Source: Thermoplasmatota archaeon (GTDB lineage: Archaea > Thermoplasmatota > E2 > JACPAO01 > JAHFTW01). Taken from it: a stretch of DNA of 64,000 bases. Below, one piece after another: positions 63,786 through 64,000 of the stretch. The translations under genes were made by a program, and so were the position numbers. The DNA lies in NCBI GenBank assembly GCA_041601615.1, contig JBFIHX010000011.1, forward strand, positions 1-64,000, given 5' to 3'. The notes below the pieces were generated by a model that was given only the letters and a program-made list of their open reading frames with translations, did not search any database and had not been told where the DNA came from. How positions within the stretch are numbered: position 1 is the stretch's first letter; each line of letters starts with the position of its first letter.

Positions 63786-64000
63786 ATGGAGTCTCGCATT
63801 AGTTTCGTAACGCTTGGAGTCCAGGAGCTTGCGCGCTCGACTCGATTCTACGAGGAGGTCCTTGGGCTTCCGCGCCTCTCGACGCCGCCTAGTGTCGCGT
63901 TTTTCGAGATGGGTCGCACATGGCTGTCGTTGTATCCGCACTCAGAGCTTGCCGCCGACGCCGGGGTTCCCGCCGAGGGCAGCGGATTTGCCGGGTTCGC
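63786..64000 (+). CDS. VOC/glyoxalase-family protein (runs off the window end)
   Basis: Read directly: MESRISFVTLGVQELARSTRFYEEVLG...VAFFEMG..LSLYP..LAADAG. Confidence 0.82.
   Translation, partial: MESRISFVTLGVQELARSTRFYEEVLGLPRLSTPPSVAFFEMGRTWLSLYPHSELAADAGVPAEGSGFAGF

Noticed and set aside
1-64000. tRNA or rRNA genes
   Set aside because: I saw no cloverleaf with a T-loop or rRNA signature in the intergenic gaps; a tRNAscan or Infernal run would be needed to exclude them formally.

Overview
High-GC archaeal chromosomal window. An archaeal origin is supported by archaeal-type GluRS, RpoL, TruD, ABCE1, and the mvk/ipk/fni/GGPP-synthase genes. A Thermoplasmatota-like aerobic heterotroph is inferred, not proven. 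Core genes: the isoprenoid cluster plus gltX; truD-rpoL; fixC-fixX-[vapBC]-etfB-etfA, with EtfA fused to a ferredoxin; slyD; ABCE1; lipA; a 2-oxoacid dehydrogenase operon (E1a, E1b, E2, E3); an SNF2 helicase; hmgA and hppD; a two-component pair; corA; nth; fabI; a dephospho-CoA-kinase-like kinase; and a dCMP deaminase. About 25 uncharacterised secreted, lipoprotein or membrane genes are interleaved, many in Cys-patterned paralog families. I saw no rRNA, tRNA, CRISPR array, integrase or transposase. The best novel candidate is a dispersed set of 7-8 small secreted Cys-containing peptide genes. They share a 17-bp upstream box (TTYSCRWTYRTCCCGAR), which ends 33-36 nt before the ATG in seven of them, suggesting a peptide regulon. 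Other highlights: an AT-rich island of three RHH regulators with phased CATG boxes next to a receptor-like protein; a 64-aa membrane protein translationally coupled inside the 2-oxoacid dehydrogenase operon; a gene 3'-end duplication bracketing hairpins; and a shared FRREAFG 3-TM domain. All calls come from motif recognition by eye; no database searches were run.
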